Position numbers and translations under genes: made by a program. The notes below the pieces were generated by a model that worked only from the letters and a program-made list of their open reading frames with translations, did not search any database and was not told where the DNA came from. From the sequence record SRR31156797_617: DNA of 41,819 nucleotides; one strand, given 5' to 3'. This document shows positions 18,654-28,380 of this stretch, piece after piece. Numbering within the stretch: the first letter of the stretch is position 1; every line of letters starts with the position of its first letter.

Positions 18654-20120
18654 ATGGAAGCCGCACTGATTTTCCCAAATCAATTGTTTCAAAACAACCC
18701 TGTAGTCAAAGCAGGCAGAATGATATTTCTTGTTGAGGAATACCTGTTTTTTAGTCAGTATCGCTTTCATAAGCAAAAATTGGCTTTTCATCGCACTTCA
18801 ATGAAGAAGTATGAAGCGTGGCTAAGAAAAAATGGATTTGAGGTCAACTACATTGAAGCAAATAATCCAGAGGCAGATATTAGGAAGTTTTTCGAGAATA
18901 ATATTTTTTCAAAAGTTCATATCATAGATCCGGTTGATAATTATTTGGCGCGAAGAATAAGAGAAGCATGTGGGAAACAAAATATTGAAATTCAGTTTTA
19001 TGATAATCCATCCTTCCTGAATACGAAATCTGATTTAGCAACTTTTTTTAAATCAGAGAAAAAGCAGTTTTCTCAAACCTCCTTTTATACCCAACAGCGA
19101 AAAAAGCTAGGCATTTTGTTGGATGAAGCTCAAAAACCTTTAGGTGGGAAATGGACCTTTGATAAGGAGAATCGAAAAAAATATCCGGCAAAGAAATCTC
19201 CTCCTCCTTTGATCTATCCTCAAAGTGGTAATTTTTACAAAGAAGCAGTTCAATATGTGAAATTGAATTTTTCTGATAATCTCGGAGAATTAACAACATC
19301 GCCTATTTACCCTTCTGATTTTGAATCTGCTAAAGAATGGTTGCAGCAATTTCTGGAGCAACGTTTTTATGCTTTTGGTGATTATGAAGACGCTTTGGTT
19401 GCCAATGAATCTATTTTGCACCATAGTGTTTTATCTCCGCTCATTAATAGTGGGTTACTTGAACCTGGTTTTGTGGTGGATGAAATATTGAAATATGCAG
19501 ATGACAACAATATTGCATTGAATAATACCGAAGGACTTATCCGTCAAATTATTGGTTGGCGGGAGTTTATTCGGGGTATTTATGAGCTTAAAGGATCTGA
19601 GGAGAGAACTAAAAACTTCTGGGGTTTTCAAAGAAAAATTCCACCATCATTTTATAAAGGGACTACAGGTATTGAGCCTGTTGATATCACCATTAAGAAG
19701 TTATTGAAAACAGGATACAACCATCATATTGAAAGACTGATGGTGCTTGGGAACTTTATGCTTTTATGTGAATTTGATCCGGATGAAGTTTATCGCTGGT
19801 TTATGGAAATGTATATTGATGCTTATGACTGGGTGATGGTGCCCAATGTGTATGGAATGAGCCAATTTGCTGATGGTGGTCTGATGTCAACAAAACCATA
19901 TATCAGTGGTAGCAACTATTTAATGAAAATGAGTAATTACCCTAAAGGTGAATGGAAGCAGACGTGGGATGGACTATTTTGGCGATTTATGCATGTTCAC
20001 AGAGACTTCTTTTTAAGTAATCCACGCTTGGGAATGTTAGTTCGCACTTTCGATAAAATGGATTCTGACAAAAAGAACAGACATCTTAAAATAGCAGAGG
20101 AGTTTCTATCAACGATTTGA
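18654..20120 (+). CDS. Cryptochrome/photolyase, PhrB-like (bacterial 6-4 photolyase clade), apparently lacking the Fe-S cysteines
   Basis: LIFPNQLF, HKQKL, GGKWTFDKENR, EGLIRQIIGWREF, HHIERLMVLGN, YIDAYDWV and TKPYISG motifs. Confidence 0.88.
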   Translation: MEAALIFPNQLFQNNPVVKAGRMIFLVEEYLFFSQYRFHKQKLAFHRTSMKKYEAWLRKNGFEVNYIEANNPEADIRKFFENNIFSKVHIIDPVDNYLARRIREACGKQNIEIQFYDNPSFLNTKSDLATFFKSEKKQFSQTSFYTQQRKKLGILLDEAQKPLGGKWTFDKENRKKYPAKKSPPPLIYPQSGNFYKEAVQYVKLNFSDNLGELTTSPIYPSDFESAKEWLQQFLEQRFYAFGDYEDALVANESILHHSVLSPLINSGLLEPGFVVDEILKYADDNNIALNNTEGLIRQIIGWREFIRGIYELKGSEERTKNFWGFQRKIPPSFYKGTTGIEPVDITIKKLLKTGYNHHIERLMVLGNFMLLCEFDPDEVYRWFMEMYIDAYDWVMVPNVYGMSQFADGGLMSTKPYISGSNYLMKMSNYPKGEWKQTWDGLFWRFMHVHRDFFLSNPRLGMLVRTFDKMDSDKKNRHLKIAEEFLSTI

Positions 20121-20149
20121 TATAAACTCCCAAAACTTAAACACTATAT

Positions 20150-21055
20150 CTATTGTAAATAAAAGTTCAAGAAAAGGATAAGGTCATCCATGCTTGACGC
20201 CATATTCCGAATAATGTCGTAGTTATTATCCGCAACAGCAATAAAATTACTTTCTTCTGAGTGAAAACTTTTGCGAATACTGGCCATTAGTTCAGGATCC
20301 TTTTGATCCATTCTTAAAAATGCTTCCCTGATTTTAACTTTTAATTCTTCGTCTAAATTTTCATTAAATACCACAGGAGCTCCCTGAATATCGTGTGATT
20401 TCCAAATAATTTGATATTGTTCGGGTTTGATTTTTCCTTGTTCTTCCAGATATGCTAATGTTGAAACACCACATGCGGCAGCTGTAGCATTACCATTAAT
20501 AACCTCCATAATCGCTTTCTCATGACTTCCAGTGAGCTCAACGCTTTTGAAAGCCATTTCTGCCTGGGGTAAACCGAGTTTTCTAAGCTCATAGCGTGGA
20601 ACGATGTGGCCCGAGGTGGAGGTGGGATGTACGAATCGCATATCCACACTGGCAGCTTGATCTTTTAATTGATCTATACTTTTGATACTCGATCCGGCTT
20701 TCGTGATTATGCAGCTTTTGTAAGCATCGAGTTTGCTGTTTTTTCCAAGTGCAGCAAAAGCAGTATATGCAGAATACTTTGCATGGGCAAAAACATAGCC
20801 GTATGAATTCATGATGAGTAAGTCAACCGATTGAGTTTCCATATCAGCTTGTAGCTCGCTAGTCTTTTTAAATGTTTTAACTTCGACTTTTTGATTTAGC
20901 TCCTTGCTTAAATAATTTGATACTTTATGAAGCATCTTTTGTTTGATGAAATAAGAGCCACCAAGTGTGATGGTTTTTTTGTCCTGTGCCAGGCTAATAT
21001 TTGAAAATAGAAAGGCGAAAATTAGCCAAATGCCTATAATTTTGTTTATTTTCAT
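20150..21055 (-). CDS. PhnD-like phosphate/phosphite/phosphonate-binding periplasmic protein
   Basis: Signal peptide; Y.SCII, STSGHIVP, GSHE and YDIIR motifs. Confidence 0.82.
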   Translation of the reverse strand: MKINKIIGIWLIFAFLFSNISLAQDKKTITLGGSYFIKQKMLHKVSNYLSKELNQKVEVKTFKKTSELQADMETQSVDLLIMNSYGYVFAHAKYSAYTAFAALGKNSKLDAYKSCIITKAGSSIKSIDQLKDQAASVDMRFVHPTSTSGHIVPRYELRKLGLPQAEMAFKSVELTGSHEKAIMEVINGNATAAACGVSTLAYLEEQGKIKPEQYQIIWKSHDIQGAPVVFNENLDEELKVKIREAFLRMDQKDPELMASIRKSFHSEESNFIAVADNNYDIIRNMASSMDDLILFLNFYLQ

Positions 21056-21284
21056 GATTTAAATCTTTATTAAAAGTACTCTTTTACGACGTCGAACTAA
21101 ATTACGAAATACTCATCAATGTGTTAATAGATTGTGAAAATGATTCGCAGTTGACTCTGTTTTTGTGAAAAAATTATATTATTGGCGTCTACCGCAGAAA
21201 AAAATTCTGAAATAGGATTGTTTTTTGTACTTATAAACTTTTTGCTTACACATCAGTTAGCATAGAAACTAAGAACTAACTATT

Positions 21285-22130
21285 ATGAGAACTGAATGCT
21301 ATTTTTGTCATATTAAGACCGTTGAAAAACTGGTCAATAAGTTGAAACCAGAGCCTCGGAAAGCACAAGAGTTTATTTTCAATGTTCACGATACCATTGC
21401 TGCAAATCGCCAATTAAGTAATCCTGAATTGGCTGCCAAAATTCATCGCAATGCCCGCAATATTTTGGATGAATATGATTTGTATGAAGAAGAGAAAAGA
21501 AGGTCGAATCAATTAATACTCGAACAATATGATTACTGGAAAAATGTAATTGAACAAAGTCCATCTCCAATAGAGACTGCCATTAAGTTAGCAGTTGTAG
21601 GGAATGTAATTGATTATGGAGCTCATAGTGTTAAATATGACATTATATCACAAATTGAAGCATTATATCAAAAGCCAGTGCAAATTGATGAATCCGATGC
21701 GTTAGTCAAAGCCATTAAAGATGCCAAATCAATTATGATATTGGGAGATAATTGTGGTGAAATTGTATTTGATAAATTGCTCATTGAAACGATGAACCAC
21801 CCTAATGTAACTTTTGCAGTGCGTGGAAAACCTGTTATTAATGATGTAACCATGGATGACGCCCGGCAAGTAGGAATAGATAAAGTGGCAAAAGTAATTT
21901 CAAATGGTTCAGATACACCATCAACCATATTGTCGGAATGCAAACCTGAGTTTGTGAAAGCATTTAACCATGCTGACCTTATCATTTCAAAAGGTATGGG
22001 TAACTATGAAGGACTGATGCACGAGAAAGATCTGAATATTTTTTACTTATTAATTGCGAAATGCCATGGCGTGGCAGAAATGTTGACAGTTGACCGAAAT
22101 GAGATGGTGGTGACACGAAATATAGACTAA
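21285..22130 (+). CDS. DUF89/ARMT1-like damage-control phosphatase
   Basis: ECYFC, GNVIDYG, DNCGEIVFD, PVINDVT and SKGMGNYEGL motifs. Confidence 0.9.
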   Translation: MRTECYFCHIKTVEKLVNKLKPEPRKAQEFIFNVHDTIAANRQLSNPELAAKIHRNARNILDEYDLYEEEKRRSNQLILEQYDYWKNVIEQSPSPIETAIKLAVVGNVIDYGAHSVKYDIISQIEALYQKPVQIDESDALVKAIKDAKSIMILGDNCGEIVFDKLLIETMNHPNVTFAVRGKPVINDVTMDDARQVGIDKVAKVISNGSDTPSTILSECKPEFVKAFNHADLIISKGMGNYEGLMHEKDLNIFYLLIAKCHGVAEMLTVDRNEMVVTRNID

Positions 22131-22307
22131 CTGTTTTATTATTAAGCAGATTTAAAAAGAATTTTCAGATTGACTTTAAATAGAAAGGATAGCGGTTATT
22201 TTCATATAGAAAGCTACTTTTATTAGGTTTAACTATTTGTTGAACACTTAGATAACAATATTGTCTTATATCATGATAGAACAATTATTTAACTTAACTA
22301 CATAAAT

Positions 22308-22673
22308 ATGTATAATCCGATTAACTGGCTAGAAATAGCCACAAGTGACCTTGAAAGAGCAAAAGAATTTTATGCTAAGGTATTTGATTTAGAATTTCAA
22401 TTTGTAGAAATGCCTGATAGTAAAATGTATATGTTTGGTGATCCTGATAAGAAAGGTTCAGGTGGAGCTCTTGTATATGGAGGAGGCGCAAAACCAAGTA
22501 CAGAAGGTGCACTTGTATACTTTTCATCAGAAGACTTATCGATACAAATTGAAAGAGTTGAACAGGCAGGAGGAAAAGTATTGGTTCCAAAGACAGATAT
22601 TGGCGAGAACGGCTTCTTTGCGCATGTTATTGACTCTGAGGGAAACAAAATTGGATTGCATTCAATGAAATAA
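22308..22673 (+). CDS. VOC/glyoxalase family protein
   Basis: WLEI..SDLERAKEFY..VF, AGGKV and DSEGNKIGL motifs. Confidence 0.9.
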   Translation: MYNPINWLEIATSDLERAKEFYAKVFDLEFQFVEMPDSKMYMFGDPDKKGSGGALVYGGGAKPSTEGALVYFSSEDLSIQIERVEQAGGKVLVPKTDIGENGFFAHVIDSEGNKIGLHSMK

Positions 22674-22699
22674 AGGGCTCTTATTCGTTCAGTGAATTG

Positions 22700-23401
22700 T
22701 TATTTTTCCAATACAGCCATTACCGATTTTTTATAAGTACGTGAGATTGGAAGCTCTTCATTTGCTAAAAAAACAGTCTCTGCATCAAATGATTTGATTT
22801 TATCAATGGCTATTAGGTAGGATCTGTGAATGCGTAAAAAGTTGCATTCACCCAATATGGATTCCATATTGGTTAAAGAATCGTGCGTGACTATTGATTC
22901 GTCTTTGCATACAATTTTAACATAATCTTTAAGACTTTCAATATAGAAAATATTGGAAATATCAATTTTATATGTTTTGCGATCAGCTTTAACATTCAGG
23001 TATTGTGTAGTTTCTTTTTTGGCTTCAGTTTGAGGAGTTTTAATTTTATTATTTCTTTCAAAATATTTATTGATAGCAGCCACAAACCGATCGAAAGAAA
23101 TTGGTTTAAGGAGGTAGTCAATTGCATCAAAATCGAAGGCTTCAACTGCATAATTTCTATACGCTGTGGTGAATATTACACCAGGAATATTTTTCAGCAT
23201 CTGCAAAAGCGAAATTCCACTTATCTCCGGCATCTCAATATCCAGAAAAATCAGATCAATTGGATTACTACGTAAAGCAGCCATAGCCTGCAATGCATTT
23301 TCACATTCACCTGCAAGTTCGAGATCAGGCATTTTGTCGATATAAGCTTTTATCGCTTCGCGTGCCAGTGATTCATCATCTACTACTAAACACTTAATCA
23401 T
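22700..23401 (-). CDS. LytTR-family response regulator
   Basis: VVDDE, LDIEMP, FTTAY, DYLLKP receiver motifs; FLRIHRSY LytTR motif. Confidence 0.93.
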   Translation of the reverse strand: MIKCLVVDDESLAREAIKAYIDKMPDLELAGECENALQAMAALRSNPIDLIFLDIEMPEISGISLLQMLKNIPGVIFTTAYRNYAVEAFDFDAIDYLLKPISFDRFVAAINKYFERNNKIKTPQTEAKKETTQYLNVKADRKTYKIDISNIFYIESLKDYVKIVCKDESIVTHDSLTNMESILGECNFLRIHRSYLIAIDKIKSFDAETVFLANEELPISRTYKKSVMAVLEK

Positions 23402-24440
23402 TTACACTATTTTGATTTATGGGTATAGACAAATGTACATCATAATGCGTACTTTTTTCAATTATATCTAATTTGTAGTTTTTATGAAATAGTAAATCCA
23501 ATCGCTTTTTAACATTAACCAAACCGATACCTCCTACTTTACTTACTTGAGCATTTTGACTTTTACTGTTTGACACTTTAATTTGTAACATTTGTTCTGA
23601 CTCTTCAATTGAAATCTTGATCCACGATTTTTCCATTGATTTGGCAACACCATGCTTGAATGCATTCTCAATAAACGGTATAATAAGCATAGGGGGAATC
23701 TGAATATCCTTTGATTTTAAATTAGAAGTAAAATCCAGATCAACTCTGTTTGAAAATCTTATCTTCTCAAGTTCAATGTAGTTTTCAATTATTTGCAACT
23801 CATTGGATATGTTTATGTTAGGCGTGTTGATTCGATATAGGATATAATCCAAAATATCGGAAAGTTTCATAACTGTATTGGCAGTGTGCTCTGATTTTTT
23901 CATGGCCAATACATATATGCTATTGAGTGTGTTAAATAGAAAGTGTGGATTAATTTGGGTTTTTAGCATCTGCAGCTCTGCTTCAACTTTTTCTTTTTGA
24001 ACAGTTTGTTCATGGTAATCTTTTTCACTCCAGCGTTTGTAAAATTTTATGGCAATAGCTACAAACAAAACAAAAAACATATTGAAAAATAGCATAACTA
24101 CATCAATTAGTTCAGGAAATAGTTTCTGTTCCTGTTCTAATAATTTTACCACTAAAAACAGGGTGAGCATTAACTGAATATAAAAAAACAGGATGATGGC
24201 TACCACTGCAAAAGCAAAAAACTTAATTCGTTTGTTTTTGAGAAGAATTTTAGGAATCAGGTAATAGTTAAATGTATAAACTGTAGCAATAGCAACAAAT
24301 AGATTTATTAAGGAGGCTGCAAAAGTATAGATGTTTGATTGCCCATATCTTTGATAATAGAAGAAAAAAAAGAACCATGCAAAGAACCAAAAAAGTCCAT
24401 GAATGGCAATTCTTAAATATTTATTTTTAGATATATTCAT
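23394..24440 (-). CDS. LytS/YehU-type sensor histidine kinase
   Basis: Four TM helices; LKTQINPHFLFNTLN, PFIENAFKHG, GIGLVNVKKRL; ATG 24440 preferred to TTG 24455; overlaps the regulator by 8 nt. Confidence 0.92.
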   Translation of the reverse strand: MNISKNKYLRIAIHGLFWFFAWFFFFFYYQRYGQSNIYTFAASLINLFVAIATVYTFNYYLIPKILLKNKRIKFFAFAVVAIILFFYIQLMLTLFLVVKLLEQEQKLFPELIDVVMLFFNMFFVLFVAIAIKFYKRWSEKDYHEQTVQKEKVEAELQMLKTQINPHFLFNTLNSIYVLAMKKSEHTANTVMKLSDILDYILYRINTPNINISNELQIIENYIELEKIRFSNRVDLDFTSNLKSKDIQIPPMLIIPFIENAFKHGVAKSMEKSWIKISIEESEQMLQIKVSNSKSQNAQVSKVGGIGLVNVKKRLDLLFHKNYKLDIIEKSTHYDVHLSIPINQNSVND

Positions 24441-24493
24441 CTCTTTTTTGAACAAATATCTGCATTATCATGACATAATGAAGTAAATTTAGC

Positions 24494-24545
24494 TAAAATG
24501 CAGAATTGCTTCTGCGATTTACAGGATAAATATGTCGATTGTCAG
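24494..24545 (+). promoter_or_regulatory. Putative LytTR binding site (direct repeats with 21-bp period)
   Basis: CGATTTACAG (24515) and CGATTGTCAG (24536), plus in-phase TAAAATGCAG (24494), between the kinase and the divergent gene. Confidence 0.45.
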
Positions 24546-24623
24546 ATATATGAGAAAAGTAGCAAGTTATTAGTATAAAAGAGTTAAACAGATAAAATAA
24601 AATAATTGATTTGATTTTCGCTG

Positions 24624-24631
24624 TAGGTTTG
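24624..24631 (+). promoter_or_regulatory. Bacteroidota -7 promoter element (TAGGTTTG)
   Basis: Exact TAnnTTTG about 35 nt upstream of ATG 24667. Confidence 0.55.
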
Positions 24632-24666
24632 AATCAAAATTAGATGTTTAACTAAAACTTTTTATT

Positions 24667-25050
24667 ATGTCACTATTTGAATTTTTGTTTACAACATTCG
24701 GCGGAATCACCTTTTTATTCATAGGATTATCAATATTAGGTGTAGTTGTTTATGGACCTATTCTAACCATTCAGATGTATCGGTTAAAGAAGAAAAGCCT
24801 TAATAAAATCAATATCGACGCCATGCTGATATTGGGGGTAATTGTTTTTATTTCAGGAATTTTAAATCAAATTGCCGGAATGATGCAGGCACTAGAAATA
24901 ATGATTCAAGCAACAGATATTTCTCCTAAAATAGTAATGGGAGGAATAATTGAGTCTTTCAAAGTGCCCGTTTTATGTGCTTTTGTGTTAATTATTGCCT
25001 TGATTTTCTGGTATTTTAACAAAAAGAAATGGGAATCGCTTAATGGTTAG
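24667..25050 (+). CDS. Small membrane protein resembling a MotA/TolQ/ExbB channel segment
   Basis: Three or four TM helices; GILNQIAGMMQALE...DISPKIVMGG resembles the MotA/ExbB TM2-TM3 region. Confidence 0.55.
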   Translation: MSLFEFLFTTFGGITFLFIGLSILGVVVYGPILTIQMYRLKKKSLNKINIDAMLILGVIVFISGILNQIAGMMQALEIMIQATDISPKIVMGGIIESFKVPVLCAFVLIIALIFWYFNKKKWESLNG

Positions 25051-25076
25051 GCAAGTAGATATTAAGTTTTTAATTC

Positions 25077-25103
25077 AGCCCTGCAATTTTGTAGGGCTTT
25101 TTT
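25077..25103 (+). terminator. Rho-independent terminator
   Basis: AGCCCTGCA-ATTT-TGTAGGGCT followed by a T tract. Confidence 0.8.
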
Positions 25104-25119
25104 GTGATCAAATTAAATC

Positions 25120-25127
25120 TATATTTG
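25120..25127 (+). promoter_or_regulatory. Bacteroidota -7 promoter element (TATATTTG)
   Basis: Exact TAnnTTTG about 30 nt upstream of ATG 25157. Confidence 0.6.
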
Positions 25128-25156
25128 TTATTCAATAAAAACAAAAAAATGAATTT

Positions 25157-26287
25157 ATGAAACTAACCATATCATCAAATTTTGACTCGGGAAATATTGA
25201 AGTAATAAGTGCTGAAAATCCTGAAAATATTCAACTTAATATAAGAAAAGACAGCAATTCTGAATTTTTGCAATGGTTCTATTTTCGCATGCAGGGCGCT
25301 AAAGATCAGCCATGTAATATACATTTGTTAAATGCCAAAGATGCCGGTTATCCTGAAGGATGGGACAATTATCAGGCACGTGCTTCTTATGATAGGGAGG
25401 AGTGGTTTCAAATACCAACTAAATACGAAAATGGAGTGTTGAGTTTGGATTTTACACCTGAATTTGATTCGGTTTACATAGCTTATTTTGCACCTTTTAC
25501 CTATGAGCAACATATGGATTTAGTTCATAATGCACAACTTTCTCCAATTTGTAAATTAGAATCACTGGGTGAAACAACGCAAGGACGTTCTATTGATTTT
25601 TTAAAAATTGGTGATGATGATCCTAAAAAGAAAAAGCTTTGGGTAATTGCACGCCAGCATCCCGGTGAATCAATGGCAGAATGGTTTATGCTTGGTCTTA
25701 TCAGTAGATTAATTGATGAAGAAGACTCAGTTGCTATTAGCTTATTAGAAAAGGCCAATTTTTATATCGTACCAAATATGAATATTGACGGAAGTATTCT
25801 GGGTAATTTAAGGGTAAATGCTAAGGGTATTGATTTAAACCGCGAATGGGCAGAACCTAGTATTGAAAATAGCCCTGAGGTTTATTATGTAAAACAGAAA
25901 ATGAAAGCCACCGGCATGGATTTCATGTTAGACGTGCATGGCGATGAAGGATTGCCATATGTATTTATTTCCGGCATTGAAGGTATTCCATCATTCGATG
26001 AAAAACTGAAAACCTTAACTGATCAGTTCATGGCTAATTGGAAAATGGCTAACCCTGACATTCAGGATGTACATGGCTACCCAAAAAATGAACCCGGTAA
26101 AGCTAATTTGAAGATTTGTTCAAAAAATATTGGTGAGGAATTCAAATGTCTTTCTCAAACACTGGAAATGCCATTTAAGCAAAATGATAATATTCCTGAT
26201 GCTGAATATGGCTGGTCAACTGAGCGATCAATTAAATTGGGAGAATCGTTGGTGAATACGCTGCTGAATATGGTTGATGATTTTTAA
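25157..26287 (+). CDS. M14-type cytosolic zinc carboxypeptidase
   Basis: SNFDSGNI, QWFYF, ARQHPGE (Zn), DLNREW, LDVHGDE and TLEMPFK motifs. Confidence 0.92.
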   Translation: MKLTISSNFDSGNIEVISAENPENIQLNIRKDSNSEFLQWFYFRMQGAKDQPCNIHLLNAKDAGYPEGWDNYQARASYDREEWFQIPTKYENGVLSLDFTPEFDSVYIAYFAPFTYEQHMDLVHNAQLSPICKLESLGETTQGRSIDFLKIGDDDPKKKKLWVIARQHPGESMAEWFMLGLISRLIDEEDSVAISLLEKANFYIVPNMNIDGSILGNLRVNAKGIDLNREWAEPSIENSPEVYYVKQKMKATGMDFMLDVHGDEGLPYVFISGIEGIPSFDEKLKTLTDQFMANWKMANPDIQDVHGYPKNEPGKANLKICSKNIGEEFKCLSQTLEMPFKQNDNIPDAEYGWSTERSIKLGESLVNTLLNMVDDF

Positions 26288-26354
26288 ACTATTGCTAAAT
26301 TTTAAGTTTTATTAAACTCATTTTATTAGGTATTTAGTTCTATTATGATAAAGA

Positions 26355-27422
26355 ATGTATAAGTATTTATTGTTCTTAAGTTTATTACTATTCTTTTTCT
26401 CCTGCAAAAAGGATAGCGCTGATAATCAAGAATATTCGAACCCATGGTATTCTGCTATGGATATAAGCACCTATCCTGAAATAGCAACCTACGATCATAC
26501 CTTTTATGATTTGAACAATCAGGAGGCTGAATTTCTGGATATAATTAGAAATAGTGGTGTGAATACCATTCGTTTGCGCTTATGGGTCAATCCGGAAGGG
26601 GAGTATTCCAGTTTAGCTGAAGTGAAAGCGTTTTCACAAACACTGCGAACTTTGGGATTCAAAATATGGCTTACATTACATTATTCGGATACTTGGGCTG
26701 ATCCGGGAAATCAGCAAAAACCCACAGCCTGGTCAAATATTTCTTTTAGCGCATTGCAAGACTCTGTTTATAGGTATACAGCAAAAGTTGTTGTGGACTT
26801 GCAGCCAGAGATCATCCAAATTGGCAATGAAGTAAACAACGGTATGTTGCATCCTGATGGACATTACTGGAATAATAAAACACAGTTTATGGAACTGATG
26901 GAACTAGGAATAGAAGCAATACGAGATCATTCCAGTGATTCAAAGATTATGATTCATTTTGCCGGGTATGATGGTGCTGATTCATTTTTTGATGATATGA
27001 GCGGTTTGGATTATGATTATATCGGACTTTCATATTATCCAATATGGCATGGCAAAAGCTTAACCGATCTCCAAGCTGCCTTAAATGAGTTGGAATTATA
27101 CTATAATAAACCCATACTCATTGCTGAAACAGCTTACCCATTTACTTTGAGTTGGAATGATTTTACTACAAATATTGTAGGTTTGGATGAGCAATTAATA
27201 CTACCGGAATTTCCCGCCACACCAGAAGGTCAGAAAGACTTTATTTTGTTTGTCAAAGAAATAATGGAAGGGTTGGAAAATGGAATTGGCATCTGCTATT
27301 GGGGTGCCGAAATGATTGCCTGGAAAGGTCAACAAGCCACAGATGGGTCGGTCTGGGAAAACCAGGCTGTGTTTAATTTTAACAATAAAGCTTTGCCGGT
27401 TTTGGATGCTTTTAGTAATTAA
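26355..27422 (+). CDS. GH53 endo-1,4-beta-galactanase lipoprotein
   Basis: Lipobox FFS-C; RLRLWVNP, HYSDTWADPG.Q.KP.AW, QIGNE, GLSYYP.WHG and AETAYP motifs. Confidence 0.92.
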   Translation: MYKYLLFLSLLLFFFSCKKDSADNQEYSNPWYSAMDISTYPEIATYDHTFYDLNNQEAEFLDIIRNSGVNTIRLRLWVNPEGEYSSLAEVKAFSQTLRTLGFKIWLTLHYSDTWADPGNQQKPTAWSNISFSALQDSVYRYTAKVVVDLQPEIIQIGNEVNNGMLHPDGHYWNNKTQFMELMELGIEAIRDHSSDSKIMIHFAGYDGADSFFDDMSGLDYDYIGLSYYPIWHGKSLTDLQAALNELELYYNKPILIAETAYPFTLSWNDFTTNIVGLDEQLILPEFPATPEGQKDFILFVKEIMEGLENGIGICYWGAEMIAWKGQQATDGSVWENQAVFNFNNKALPVLDAFSN

Positions 27423-27532
27423 GAGAAACTCTGCCTTCAGTATGATAGAAGTGCCATTTGGAGGAATGCTAAATGGAATTAAATAAACATTAGCTACAAA
27501 AACTTCTACTTGCGCCTTTTATTGCTTTTTTC

Positions 27533-27540
27533 TATATTTG
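27533..27540 (+). promoter_or_regulatory. Bacteroidota -7 element (TATATTTG) with TTG 20 bp upstream
   Basis: Exact consensus; it overlaps the ORF-track TTG start, so the true start lies downstream. Confidence 0.6.
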
Positions 27541-27564
27541 ATTAAACTTCTTTTTATTGCTGCT

Positions 27565-28233
27565 ATGGGTTACATGGGTTTTGGATTGCAAAAATGGATT
27601 TATTCTCAGAAACCACGAAAGGCTTTCTCGAAAGATCGCAAACCTACTGGTGATGAAATATCATCTTATAAAGGAAACGAACTTAATTTGAAAGGTCGTG
27701 AGATAAGAGATCCCGAAAAAGCAAAGATTCGACTTGCTAAAACACGCGAAAAATTAAGAAAGAAAAGGATTCAGGGTAGAGTATTTAGTTTGATTATAAT
27801 TTTCACCTTAACTTTTTTTATCGTGCTCTTGATATCAGGAAATTTTAAATTCACCTCCTATGTGACACAAAATGAAAATAAAAAGAGGTTGATTGAAGAG
27901 CAATATCGGAAAGAAGGATTTAAAGAGTTAATGAAATCTGGTAACAGACATTTACTATATTCTGATTACCCAATGGCTGTAATGAATTTTAAAACTGCAG
28001 TTGAAATTTTTCCTCAGAATATGGAGGCACAAAGAAAGTTGGGTTTTGCTTATTATATGCAATGTCTGAGTGAAGATAGAGGTTGTTCTGAAGCAATTGA
28101 TCAATTAGATTATTTGATAAATAACGATACATCCAGTATTCATTTTAAATATCGGTCGGAGCTACATCTAAAGCTTGGGAATAATGAAAAAGCTGAGTTT
28201 GATGCCAAAAAGTTTAAGTTTTTGAGGAACTAA
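27565..28233 (+). CDS. Membrane-anchored TPR-repeat protein
   Basis: Basic N-terminus (MGYMGFGLQKWIY), one TM helix, TPR-like helices (AVMNFKTAVEIFPQN.EAQRKLGFAY); ATG 27565 chosen. Confidence 0.7.
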   Translation: MGYMGFGLQKWIYSQKPRKAFSKDRKPTGDEISSYKGNELNLKGREIRDPEKAKIRLAKTREKLRKKRIQGRVFSLIIIFTLTFFIVLLISGNFKFTSYVTQNENKKRLIEEQYRKEGFKELMKSGNRHLLYSDYPMAVMNFKTAVEIFPQNMEAQRKLGFAYYMQCLSEDRGCSEAIDQLDYLINNDTSSIHFKYRSELHLKLGNNEKAEFDAKKFKFLRN

Positions 28234-28380
28234 ACGTGCGGAAATGTCTTTTATGAACGATGTTCAAATAAAAAAGATTCATCACAATATTCTCACATGT
28301 TTATGCATTAATTTCAAATCCGCACTATTGGTGGCATGCTTTAATTTAAAATGGGGGTTATGCTTCCAGATGACTTAATA

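Noticed and set aside
22255-22264. ACAATATTGT palindrome upstream of the VOC gene as an operator
   Set aside because: Short AT-rich palindrome with no cognate regulator nearby; insufficient support
28236-28325. GTGCGGA/TCCGCAC inverted pair upstream of the IR-bounded segment
   Set aside because: Only 7 bp perfect and about 75 nt apart; compatible with chance
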